Part shown: positions 33,973-44,670 of the stretch, piece after piece
Layout of the letters: each line of letters opens with the position of its first letter
Numbering within the stretch: position 1 is the first letter of the stretch
Origin: an uncultured Methanosarcinaceae archaeon
Lineage (GTDB): Archaea > Halobacteriota > Methanosarcinia > Methanosarcinales > Methanosarcinaceae
Length of the DNA stretch: 64,000 nt
NCBI GenBank assembly: GCA_963833425.1
Contig: CAWHXP010000015.1
Coordinates: forward strand, 134,817 to 198,816
Direction of reading: 5' to 3'
Made by a program: the position numbers and the translations under genes
The notes under the pieces: model-generated
Database searches by the model: none
What the model was told of the DNA's origin: nothing
The model's input: the letters and a program-made list of their open reading frames with translations, nothing else

Positions 33973-35439
33973 ATGAAATTAAAATTGATAATTTCTCTGT
34001 TAGTACTACTATTAGCTTTTTCTATTGGATCTGCATTGGCACAAACTAACACATCTGGAAACGTGGATAAATCCATGATCGGAAGCACATATAAGGCGGC
34101 TGAGAGTATTGATAAAGCTATTGTAGTCATGGCTGGAAATGTAAATGGAACAGCTAGTATGCAAAATGAGACCAGCATGCAGAACATGGATTCAGTGCAT
34201 GGTAGCATAGCTCTATCAACAAACCCAGCCCTTGTGAAGGACGAGATCGTTATCCCCATGAAGAACGGGACCGAGATGGAGTGGCGTCACATAATCCTGA
34301 AGGGCAACAACACACAAATAGGTATGGCCCTTGGAGATATCACCCAGAAGGATTACGGATTAACATGCTTGAGTAAGTATGCCGACCCAATATACGGCAA
34401 AGCCAGACAGGAGTATATGGAGAGGAACTATCCTACAATGCTTGCTAGGATGAATGGGATAGCCGCTGCCTACGGGATATCCCCTGGAAACAGTAGCTTC
34501 GACACAACAACTCTGCCCTACGACATCGGATCAACAGCCTGCTCCATGATATACTTCCCACCAATGTTAACTGTTAGCGGCCATGCATTATCAGTCAGAA
34601 GCATGGACTTCGCCAGAGTGCCTCTTGGGGTTTACTTTAATAGAACTAACAATATGAATGAGAATCTAAGTCTCTCGCGGCTGTTCTTACTGGAGATTTA
34701 TCCCGATAAAGGTTATGCTACCATGGTTATAGGTGGTCATGATATCAACTCATTGTTCGACGGCCTGAACTCAGAAGGATTGGCCATAAATTTTCTGGAG
34801 GATCCCAGCATAGAGCCGGTGTTTAATACGACCGTCTCAGGAGGTAGAAATAGTGGGATGTTCGCCTTGCAAATGGGAAGGCTAGTTCTTGAGACCTGCC
34901 GTACGGTGGAAGAGGCCAAGATCGCTTTTCTTAACAATAAAGCGTATATGATCATGGGAGGATTCCATTGTATGGTCTACGATACCACCGGAAGATCTAC
35001 GATCGTGGAATTTAACAAGGATGACGGCAATATATATTTCACAGACGGCAACATCAGTCAACTGAGTATCATGACCAATCACCCCATATTCAAATACGCT
35101 AAGGTTGCTCCTAAAGACCTGCCAAGAGCTAACATAATTCCATACAACACCTTCAATCGCTATAGAACACTGTATAACTTCACCAGCAACCATCATGGTA
35201 AGTTTTCAGAGAGTGATCTCGCCGATGTGATATCTACAGTTACAGTCAACTCAATTCTCGAATACCATGGATTCAGACCTCAAGTGACCACGCGCTACAA
35301 TGTCATTCTGGATCTGACAGATAGAAGCCTGAAGGTGAAGTGCTTTCTCAAGTCCGGACATGTCGATAAAGCGACCAATGAGGGCACTATGGTGTTCACA
35401 CCATACTTGACGTTCAAGATGGACAACTCAAGCCTCTAA
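33973..35439 (+). CDS. Secreted Ntn-hydrolase (C45 / choloylglycine hydrolase-like)
   Basis: Signal peptide; internal A|CS autocleavage site, RSMDF, DGLNSEGL, MTNH and RY motifs. Confidence 0.8.
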   Translation: MKLKLIISLLVLLLAFSIGSALAQTNTSGNVDKSMIGSTYKAAESIDKAIVVMAGNVNGTASMQNETSMQNMDSVHGSIALSTNPALVKDEIVIPMKNGTEMEWRHIILKGNNTQIGMALGDITQKDYGLTCLSKYADPIYGKARQEYMERNYPTMLARMNGIAAAYGISPGNSSFDTTTLPYDIGSTACSMIYFPPMLTVSGHALSVRSMDFARVPLGVYFNRTNNMNENLSLSRLFLLEIYPDKGYATMVIGGHDINSLFDGLNSEGLAINFLEDPSIEPVFNTTVSGGRNSGMFALQMGRLVLETCRTVEEAKIAFLNNKAYMIMGGFHCMVYDTTGRSTIVEFNKDDGNIYFTDGNISQLSIMTNHPIFKYAKVAPKDLPRANIIPYNTFNRYRTLYNFTSNHHGKFSESDLADVISTVTVNSILEYHGFRPQVTTRYNVILDLTDRSLKVKCFLKSGHVDKATNEGTMVFTPYLTFKMDNSSL

Positions 35440-35690
35440 GGGGATAAGTAGCTCAGGAGAATTTAGCCCCTAGGCTCTCCAGTGGAATAGCTGCCTAAAT
35501 CTGGATATTATCTAAGGGAATATTATGTTTTTGATTCAAGTTCGAGATCTTCTGATTTCATTTTAGTTCGCTTTATAAAATTAATAACTTCTTTAACTCC
35601 ATTGCAATGTTAGATGATATCGCAGCCTTTGATTTATTTTTAGCTGCAATTTAAAGGTAGGATTTCAGCAAGTTAATGGGCACAAATAAG

Positions 35691-35760
35691 GGTTCCGTTG
35701 CAAAAATTTCAAAATAAGTATATAAATCTATGAGTAATGAATAAAAATCAAAAGATCCAA
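35691..35760 (-). mobile_element. IS6 right-end fragment, inverted
   Basis: GGTTCCGTTGCAAAAATTTCAAAATAAG... is the reverse complement of the IS6 right ends finishing at 963 and 36314. Confidence 0.75.
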
Positions 35761-35880
35761 GAGTCACTCAGATTTTACAGGACTTTTGGTGCATTGCTGC
35801 AGATATATCTTTTTAATATGGTAATTCTACTATAGTTAGTTGATACAGAACTAAATTTCAGATTAAAAATGAATCATGTC

Positions 35881-36314
35881 TTTAAGAACGCTTTGAGTTC
35901 TAATCATAACCAGTTTCAGGAGTAATGTCAGTTGATAAGAATCAGCTTATATACCTGCTATAGATAAACTGAAAGACGATAAAATACTACCTAAAAACGT
36001 AGGCATTCTACAAATAAAGTATTTGAATAACATTATAGAACAAGATCATAGATCTATAAAGCGAATCGTTAATCCAATGTTAGGATTTCAGTCTTTTCGA
36101 TCTGCTAATAAGACTTTAAAAGGAATTGAAGCTATAAATATGATCAAAAAAGGACAAGTAATCGATCTAAATTACTCTGTTCTTAATGAAGTCAAATACA
36201 TTAATCAATTATTTGGTATAGCTTTATAATGTTAGTACATTTTCCTTAAATATTTTGATTTTTATTAATTACTTATAGATTTACATATTTTTTTGAATTT
36301 TTTGCAACGGAACC
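35881..36314 (+). mobile_element. IS6-family 3' half (transposase C-terminus plus right IR)
   Basis: KYLNNIIEQDHRSIKR..MLGFQSF..A..TLKGIEA..MIKKGQ; ends TTTTTGCAACGGAACC. Confidence 0.88.
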
Positions 36315-36340
36315 GTTTATTACGATGAATAATAAATAAA

Positions 36341-36561
36341 CCACATTTTTCGCAGATCTACACAAGAAGGTAATCCATTTTTTCAATATAACATAGCTTA
36401 AAAATTAAACCAATTTTCAATGAATAACAGTGGGTAAATGGCAAACAAATCCTACTTTGCGTACATCTACAAAATGTCTGATTAAAAGTGAGATTAACCT
36501 TTAAGCTACTTTCATATTAAAAAATATATGCAATTCTCATGTACATCTGTGAAAAATATAG
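36341..36561. mobile_element. Family B MITE (reverse orientation, 36341-36477) plus adjacent partial copy
   Basis: CCACATTTTTCGCAGATCTACACAA...GCGTACATCTACAAAATG, followed by a half copy ending TGTACATCTGTGAAAA. Confidence 0.55.
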
Positions 36562-36583
36562 CTTATAATCCTAATCGACCCTT

Positions 36584-37099
36584 TTATTTGGATTTACTCG
36601 CCCCCTCCTGAAGAAGAGCAAGATCTATAATCTTTTCAAACACTTTTTCATCGTCATTACCGTTTAATCCAATAATTCTTGCCTGAGACCTATCCATGCT
36701 AACTTTTCCGTTCTCCTGCATGTAAACGTATTTTCCATTTTCAATGCCCACTATCACAAATGAATCTGGAATAGATTTCACTCCGAAATATTCTCCAAAT
36801 TCCGGGCTCTTATCCACATCTACAGACGCGATAGTAGCTTTTCCTCGATATTTTACTGCCAGTTTTTCCAGAATTGGATTCATAGACCTGCATGCAGGGC
36901 ACCATCTTGATCCTATTTTCACAAAGATCGGGCCTTTCTGTAGGGATGTGTTTATATGATCCAGCTGGGTGATTATTAAAATCGCATTTTTCTCCAAGCC
37001 TACCTCAGAATTCGTGGAATTTCCCAGAATTTTTTCAGAGCAGCCAGCCGTAGATACCAAAGCTGCAAGTAGGAACAATAATACAACTAATTTTTTCAT
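36584..37099 (-). CDS. Thioredoxin-family lipoprotein
   Basis: MKK-hydrophobic-AGC lipobox; WCPAC active site; GVKSIP cis-Pro. Confidence 0.88.
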   Translation of the reverse strand: MKKLVVLLFLLAALVSTAGCSEKILGNSTNSEVGLEKNAILIITQLDHINTSLQKGPIFVKIGSRWCPACRSMNPILEKLAVKYRGKATIASVDVDKSPEFGEYFGVKSIPDSFVIVGIENGKYVYMQENGKVSMDRSQARIIGLNGNDDEKVFEKIIDLALLQEGASKSK

Positions 37100-37959
37100 A
37101 TTGGTCGTCCACAAATAATTATACTATTGAGATTTTAAAATTCGTAAGTGTAAATGTATCAGCAACTTATATCTATGACATTAACATTAATTAATTTTTT
37201 TAACTATTAGGATTAAAGTAGTTTATTTTTAGACATACAAATCCAAATTATCATTATTAATATACTAGAATATCTAAGTAGAATATCTGAGAATATAGCA
37301 ACATACTCGAACTAATTTTCCTCATCATTAATCTTTTTAGATGCTAATAAAAAATTATTACCCGATTTAAACCTTGCTAGCTTCCTATCTGCCTCTTATT
37401 TGAATCGGAGTTTTCATCGATGAAAGTGCACCTTTACATATTGTGATCACAGTAATAAAAATGTATAATGATCTTCTGTTAGGCGATTAGTATTTAACTT
37501 GTCTCAGTTTCCCATAAATTATATGAGTATATTTTCGCCCATACATTCAGATTTCTGTAATTTCCCTAACATCATATTCGAAAATATAACATTATCTTCA
37601 CCAAGCTGCCATTCCTTTAAAAAATACTCCAGCTTCCAGTTTATGAATTATAAATTAATGAATTAATAAACCATTAAAAGAACGTAAAGGAAGCAAACTG
37701 TTTAAGTACCTTCTGTTCTTCCGTATTTTTTGTGATTTATCTCCAAGCCTAAGATCGGGAATCAATTCTAATACGAACGGAAGTACATTTTTTTCATTTC
37801 TCAAAGTAACGATTTTAACTGTAGAACCATGTTTCATATATGCGATGTTGGAATTTTTCACACATACAAACATGCTTTAGCATATTCCTACATTCTTTAT
37901 CTTTCTGTAAAATAAGATTTTTACATTCTAGGATTTTGATAAACATCTGATTTTCACAG

Positions 37960-38305
37960 GTAATTCAAGGAATCAATTTCAGCAAGTTCGTATACAATTG
38001 AATGAAAAAATTTATTTGCTCTTTGAGAACAAAACCATTAAGGGTTTTAATAATTAAAAACTAATGTTAAAAGATTTAAACTCTCCAATACTCGAATGTA
38101 TAGGAGTTTACGAAATTCTCTCTAATTTCTATCAATTGACAAAATTGAAAATAAGAGGAATATTTGAGGATAGAGGGAGCTTTCTTTAAAATCAAAGAAT
38201 GACGATCAAGAAAAGGAAAATACAAGGTCAAAAACAGAAATTTGTGAGAAAGATTTGGACAGGACTCCCACGAAGAAAAAAATCCGAGGTAAATTAGAAT
38301 CCTCT
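37960..38305. mobile_element. Adjacent IS5 end remnants (left end on minus 37960-38121; right end on plus 38130-38305)
   Basis: The reverse complement of 37960-38121 aligns by eye to 17809-17975; 38130-38305 aligns to 18780-18955. Confidence 0.65.
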
Positions 38306-38809
38306 TTAAAATCTAAGCCCTATAGACAACTATAACTTCATCCCCAGTCGCTGCTAATATATGCGTTAGCCGAGACAATTTATTGATTTTTTAAACAGGG
38401 CATTAATAGCAGTGTTAATCGTGTTAATCAACGATAATATCTACTTGAATTTGTGGTGATGATATCGATTGAGATTTTAGTTTTCACATCTTTAACTACT
38501 AATATGACTGTTTTTTTCCTTAACCACAAGGGTTCCTGAGCTTACTGTTGCAACGGTCACGGACATTAAAAAACAAACTATTAGCAAAATATCAAATGTC
38601 TTTTCATTTGTTTTAACACTTTATACCACTCTTTATATTACCTTGGATCCACACAGTTAAACAGAAGAATAAGTAACTTTGAACTTCAAAAAAGTCCCAT
38701 TCATTTCACTCCTTCCTAGTGTCCAAAAAATCAGAGTAAATTGGGATCCTTAAACTTGGAGCATATTAAAAACAGGGATTTTCAATGCTTTAGTCGCAAA
38801 ACTAACATA

Positions 38810-39022
38810 TCACCATGCTACCTTATATCCGAAAACCGTGTCCTGACATTCTTGACACATCCCAGAATTCTTGAATTCTCGCATGAACACTTCATATCTG
38901 AATTCGCCTTTGTTTACCCTCTCTGTGCAGACTGGACACCTATAATCTTTAACCATCGCAATTTTTTGCCAAAATCTTAATTTTCTTAGAAAGCGATTTT
39001 TTTCTATATTCATACCCATCAC
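38810..39022 (-). CDS. Small CxxC...CxxC zinc-finger-like protein
   Basis: CPVC and CQEC pairs in 70 aa; GGTAGGTG RBS-like sequence at the start. Confidence 0.65.
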   Translation of the reverse strand: MMGMNIEKNRFLRKLRFWQKIAMVKDYRCPVCTERVNKGEFRYEVFMREFKNSGMCQECQDTVFGYKVAW

Positions 39023-40144
39023 CTACCCACTTAATACTAAGTTCTTTATATCCGACGGCCCATCAGCAGGTGCACCGCAGAAACATCAAGGTCAACTAGT
39101 CTTTTAACTAATGGTTTTAATTTCGTATCTGACTATAAATTGTAATGTTCGTGCATACAAAAACTAATATGTGATCTCATTTGAGTGCTAGTTCATTGTC
39201 TTTCAACTTTAATAATATGTGTATAAAGTTGATTACTATATATTTTAGAATATATTTTAGAGAATATACTTACGATACCTATTCCATATTTTCACATGAT
39301 TTTGCAAAAAGAGTGCATGAAAAGTGAATTCAAGACCCATATATCAAAAATTAGAATAAGTAAATTTGATCTTAACGTCGATAGTACCTGATTTTACTCA
39401 TTATATGCGTAAGTCCTACTATTGATATAACTCGTTTCCATTTTTGTTTGTATATATATATCATCAGTGCAGAATTTTGACAGGATCCGAACTGAGTAAA
39501 AAAAGTTATTGTAGTATTGAAATTTTCATGGACATACGTTATACCTAATTCTTCGACAACTGCACATCCAAGATGGCCATGCTCATATGTATGATACCTA
39601 TCCTTCTTCCTTGGAAATAACGTTCTTCGATGTTTGCTGGGCTCAAATTCTCTTGAAGACTAGATCCTAAGCTTGCGGGATCTTCGCACAACCCTAAGGA
39701 TTGAAGCCTCCAATTATAATTGGTTCACCTATCCTTCGCAAAAGCTTCAAAAATTATTTCATTTGTGTGACAATTTTTCAGAGACAAATGCATTTTCTCT
39801 GCATAATTGAAAACAACTATGCTGTAACGAACTATATTTGTCCAATCAAAATTTCGATAATTTCATTTACAATCATAAGCAACAACTGACTCTTAAGATA
39901 TCCTAGAGCATTTCCTCTTTGTCATTCCTAAGATTTTCAACCTTTTTGTAAAGATTCTTTCGTGAAATTTTTCGAGGTTTAAGATGTCGATAATTCCTTT
40001 ATGATTTAACTATTTACCAGTTACTTGATACTAAAATTATATGTCCGCTTATAACCACCAAGCTTATTAATAAATTATTGAGATCCAAACCATTTCTTTT
40101 TATGCTTGCCAAGAATCTCACAAAAATTATGCTTTTCATAAAAA

Positions 40145-40281
40145 CCCATTCTCAAGATATCTACAGTGTAAAATTTGTTTTCCATTTACTCACTAATTCA
40201 TTGAAAATTGGATTAATTTTTAAGCTACTGCTATATTGAAAAAATAGATGGCATTCTTGTGTACATCTGCAAAAAATGGGG
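40145..40281. mobile_element. ~137-bp MITE-like repeat, family B
   Basis: CCCATT...TTGTGTACATCTGCAAAAAATGGG ends; interior is near the reverse complement of 36341-36477. Confidence 0.65.
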
Positions 40282-41026
40282 TAAAAGAATAAAACAGCAA
40301 GAATCTATTAGACAGAAGCGTATATATTTTTGTTAGAAATTGTAGATAATATTCCTTTCCTTGTGTTGGCATTCATTGAGCAAAATAACACAAACAAAGA
40401 TACTTATTTTCACTAACTGTCAAAGTCAGTTATATGGGATCAGCTGGTTTGCATGATAGATATGCACAGAAGAATCTGAAGTATTTCACGGATAATTTTT
40501 TATGCAGTATATTTGTATATCTTTTCTGCAGAAGCCTTCTCTCCCCTAGAGCACTCCCACCAAATAACATACTCACATTGTTACCCAGCTTCCAGCGTAA
40601 AAATGTTCAAAGAATTGAGGTTCGATTTGGATGAGTATCCTGCTCCCAAAAGCCTTATTTGGAAGATTCTGCCTAGAGTAAAGTCAAATGATCCAAAAGA
40701 TTCGAAGTAGAAATTACCTTTTTTGATTTATTCTTCTTTCAAAAAAGTGAAGCTTCCAAAATCTACTTGGTTCAAAAAAGCTGAAGCTTTTACTCTTTCC
40801 TCAGTAGTAACCATGTCCTTCCAGGTTTACTTTGTCTGCATAACCAGCCGTTAAAGTGCACTGGAATTCACTTGCTTTAGCTAGTCTATCGTTGAATCTC
40901 AAACCACATAAGTTTCTCTACTTACAAGAGCTAGGTCAGCTTTTTCTTTCCAAAAGCACAGGGTAGGATAAAAGCGCTATAGAAACAAATTATATTTCCT
41001 ACGATCCCAATATCAATATCGAATTT

Positions 41027-41048
41027 ACCCCTTCATTTCCACTGGAGT
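41027..41048 (-). promoter_or_regulatory. Isolated near-consensus ORB box
   Basis: Reverse complement ACTCCAGTGGAAATGAAGGGGT. Confidence 0.65.
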
Positions 41049-41060
41049 GAAAAAAAGTTA

Positions 41061-41148
41061 TAAGAATTTCTATAAACCCTTGATTTTTATGGGTCATTTA
41101 TAAACATTTATAAACATAGGACGAAATTTAAGTTTATCGAAATCCTCT
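41061..41148. mobile_element. ~88-bp MITE, family A
   Basis: AAGAATTTCTATAAA...AAGTTTATCGAAATCCTCT; the right end is identical to the IS5 right terminus. Confidence 0.75.
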
Positions 41149-41160
41149 TCAATTTCATTT

Positions 41161-42639
41161 TTACTTACGCTTACTATTTTCTTTTTCCCTCATATTTTGA
41201 ATTGCAGCTTTTACTGCCGGTCGTAAAGGATCTATGAGCATTGAAACCGGGGGAGAATAACAAGTTTCCAAGTCTAGGAGATCCTTGATCGTTGATTTCT
41301 TCCTGATTGCAAGGGAGAGAGCATCTATTCTCTCCTTTATCCCCTCCCCTCCAACAAGTTGTGCACCTATTAGGCAATCATCTTTAAACAGGAGTTTAAT
41401 ATATAGATCTTTTCTATCTGGGTAATAAGAAGCTCTTGTATATCCCCTGGAAAATCCTGTAACCAAACTCATTCCCTTACTTTCAGCTTTCTTCGAGGTA
41501 ATTCCCACTCCACCGAACTGCAAATTACCTGCTAAAGCCACCCAAGGATCTGCAAGAGGCCCGAAAGCGATGTGCTTTCCGGTAATATTGTTGCCGATTA
41601 CATAGGCCATACTCCGGGCTGTCGTGCCCAGTTGACTTATTCTAGCCTCCCCTGTTATAAGGTCCTTTACTTCGACACATTCTCCACATGCATACACATC
41701 TGGAAGGAACTCCTCTCCTGCTTTTACCTGGAGCATTTCGTTTACAACTATTCCTCCAGCTTTTCCAATTTCGATTCCAGCTTCCATGGCAAGAAAAATT
41801 TCGGGTTTTACCCCGCTTGCCAGGAGCACAGTGTCTGCAAAAAATAACCTGTCTCCAACTTGCAGAGTTTTTTCTGTCCAGAAACTTTCAGGAATAACAA
41901 TATGCTCACCTAAAATTACTTCAATTCCCAGACTTTCCAGGTGTTTTCTTATAATTTCAGCAACTTCGGGATCAAACTGTCTGGAAATCAGATTTTTGCT
42001 TCTGCTTATGAGTACAGTTTTAATTCCCCTTCTCACAAGTGCTGCAGCACATTCAATTCCTATTGTCCCCCCACCTATGATGCAAACTTTTTCGGCAGTT
42101 TCCAGAGCTTTGTCAAAGAGCAAACCATCATCAAAGCTCCTCAAGGTAAAGATGCCATAAGGTAGAATGTTGATAGTGTGATCTTTTTTAGGTATAAATG
42201 GCAGACTTCCTGTGGCAATCACCAATTTGTCAAAAGGATAAATTCCTACCCTTGTCTGGACAGTTCCTGAACCAATATTAATTGACCTAACGGCCTCATT
42301 TAGCTTAACATCTATCCTGTTTTTCTTGAAAAAATCCAGGGGTTTTACAATAAGTTTTTCAAAACTATTAATTTCCCGACTCAAAACAAAAGGGATTCCA
42401 CAGTGACTGTAAGCAGTATGGGAATCTCGTGAAAGTACTGTTATCTCAAAATCGCTCTGTCTCCTAATTTTGGTAGCAATTGCCATGCCACAGGCTCCCC
42501 CTCCAATAATGACTACTTTTAAAAGACCCTTTTTTCCTTGATTTTGTGCGAAAACTTTTCCTGGAGATTCTTTCTCTACTCCATCTGCTTTCTGGATTTT
42601 TTTATCTAAAGATTCCTGAGTTCTGAAATCGCTTTTCAT
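41161..42639 (-). CDS. FAD-dependent pyridine nucleotide-disulfide oxidoreductase (NADH oxidase / CoA-disulfide reductase-like)
   Basis: IIGGGACG FAD motif, YSHCGIP redox Cys, ATGS, GGGTIGIE, ACGEC and C-terminal YSPP. Confidence 0.9.
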   Translation of the reverse strand: MKSDFRTQESLDKKIQKADGVEKESPGKVFAQNQGKKGLLKVVIIGGGACGMAIATKIRRQSDFEITVLSRDSHTAYSHCGIPFVLSREINSFEKLIVKPLDFFKKNRIDVKLNEAVRSINIGSGTVQTRVGIYPFDKLVIATGSLPFIPKKDHTINILPYGIFTLRSFDDGLLFDKALETAEKVCIIGGGTIGIECAAALVRRGIKTVLISRSKNLISRQFDPEVAEIIRKHLESLGIEVILGEHIVIPESFWTEKTLQVGDRLFFADTVLLASGVKPEIFLAMEAGIEIGKAGGIVVNEMLQVKAGEEFLPDVYACGECVEVKDLITGEARISQLGTTARSMAYVIGNNITGKHIAFGPLADPWVALAGNLQFGGVGITSKKAESKGMSLVTGFSRGYTRASYYPDRKDLYIKLLFKDDCLIGAQLVGGEGIKERIDALSLAIRKKSTIKDLLDLETCYSPPVSMLIDPLRPAVKAAIQNMREKENSKRK

Positions 42640-44015
42640 ACTCTTAACAATGGTGTTTACATCTATTATAGGTTTTTAAAGAGCTTTAAGATTTCAGCTT
42701 TATAAAGAAAGAATTTTTCAGGAAACGAAAAAAAATATTGATGCTATCGTAAGTAGTTCTAACAGCATTAGTTCAGGAATTATTTCTACAAATCGAAAAA
42801 ACATATAAAAACTATTTAAGATAATTAAGTTGTTGAGTATAGCAAAGAAAAATGACTTCGCCTCTGGTATAAACAAAGATAGTTTCTTTGGGTATCTTCC
42901 GAATTTGTAGTATCTTTGATAAAATTACTTTACCTTTATGGAGCAAAATAGAACTCCAAGAAGTTATTAATGTTTTAGCTCATGCTACAACTTCTCCTAC
43001 CAATTCTCTTGAACCTGCAACCAATTATCTAAAATCAAAAATACCAAAAATAGGAATTCTCTCAGAGGATACCATCTTTGATCATATAAAATACAATTTA
43101 AAACTAACGTTGTTTATTATCCAATTTTAGAAATTGTTTGAGTTTTAATACAACTCCATTTTCATACTACATGCGTCCAAACAATTTTATTTTGTGACTT
43201 ATGACGTCAATTTTATGTCTTACCAACATCTACTAATTTATAGTCCCGAAATTAGCTAGCTATAAAAATGCACAACACCAGTAATTTCAGAACAGAGGAT
43301 TTCCCCTTAAAGTTAAACCGCACTCAAAACACCCTTAAATGTTACGTTTTCTGGCAAATCTGCAATTTCTGGAAGTATTTTCATGTTCACAGACCTACTA
43401 GTAACCAGCATACCTGTAAATTTCCTTAATTGAGATTGGGGCTCTGAAGTTTTTCCTCAAATCGACACAGAAAAAAATATAATGACAGAATCAGAATTAT
43501 TAATCATTGTAAGAGCAGTTACTTGATGACCTTCTTTATCCCCAAATCTTTTACAACTCTTTTTGCAAAGGCTCTTAGATTGGGGATTTTTACAGAAAAT
43601 TCAGTTGAAGATGGTTTGCTATTTTGAGACTGTTTTAATTTAAGCAAGATTTTAAAACCTTTACACGTCCCTCAAGGGCAGTGCTTTGAATAGGTTGCTC
43701 TTCTAAAGTAGTCTCAAGTCTACGGATTACAGAAACAATATTCTCAGAAACAACTACACGGATTTAAGGATTTCTTCGCATGTAAGCACAATAACAAAAC
43801 AATATGAACTTCAATTGGTATACGATTTTTTTTCTTTTTTATAAATAAAATTATAGTATCCAAAAGTTACTTGAGTATTTACATTTATTTTAGTGTTAAT
43901 TGAATTCTGATAATAAAAGTAATGTTGTAAAATCAGAATTGCTAAAAATAAAATTGACTTTGAGATCAACTAAAAAATATAATATTTAATTAGTGAATTT
44001 GCCGAGGGACATTTA

Positions 44016-44360
44016 GTGGAAAACCAACGGTATGAAAATAAAATGATATTGGGTTACAGCCTAAAGAAGATACTGTCTATTTTGCTGATAGTCTTCTTTG
44101 TAGTGGTATTGACAACTGCAGCAGTAATCGTATGGGGTCCAAAAAGCCCTCACTACGAACGAGGTTATGCAGCCGGCTATAGAGCCAGCTACCAAGCCGC
44201 TTTTAATGGTAATTTTTATGACATCAAATCCGGTTTAAGTCGTAATAGCACTAACGAAGGCTACACAAATGGCTATGATGAGGGCTACAGGAATGGCTAC
44301 GATGAAGGCTACCCTGATGGACAAGGAGATCGTAAAAGCGGCTATCAAGGCGGCAATTAA
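44016..44360 (+). CDS. Small secreted/membrane-anchored protein with GY-x-x repeats
   Basis: KK-hydrophobic leader; EGYTNGYDEGYRNGYDEGYPDG tail. Confidence 0.65.
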   Translation: MENQRYENKMILGYSLKKILSILLIVFFVVVLTTAAVIVWGPKSPHYERGYAAGYRASYQAAFNGNFYDIKSGLSRNSTNEGYTNGYDEGYRNGYDEGYPDGQGDRKSGYQGGN

Positions 44361-44670
44361 TAATAGTGACATTATTAGAAAGGGAATCGTTCACAATATG
44401 ACTTATGCACAAGGGAATGTAATTTTTATATAATACCAAATATCGCTCTATATAGAGATATATATATTTCTTTAAATGTCATTATATAATATTTCGGCAG
44501 TCAACTGTTTTAACATAAAAGTATGTAGTAACCGACTTTATTATATACTTTAATGCTAATTAGATACTTCGATACCAACTTAATATATAATTATATAATA
44601 TATTTTTTTCATACAATATAGGACTTAAATAAATGAATATTGCTGATTCTAGTCCTATTCATCTAAAGGA

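Noticed and set aside
33772..35494. Further ORB-like matches (CTTCGGAAATGAAGAG near 33778; CTCCAGTGGAATAG near 35477)
   Set aside because: Only partial matches, lacking either the palindromic core or the G-string.
39480..40900. Short ORFs and possible pseudogene fragments
   Set aside because: No recognisable family motifs; left uncalled.
42850..43740. Possible ISH3-like transposase remnant and IS200/IS605-like end palindrome (~43645)
   Set aside because: Resemblance is too weak to support by eye; no termini or catalytic motifs confirmed.
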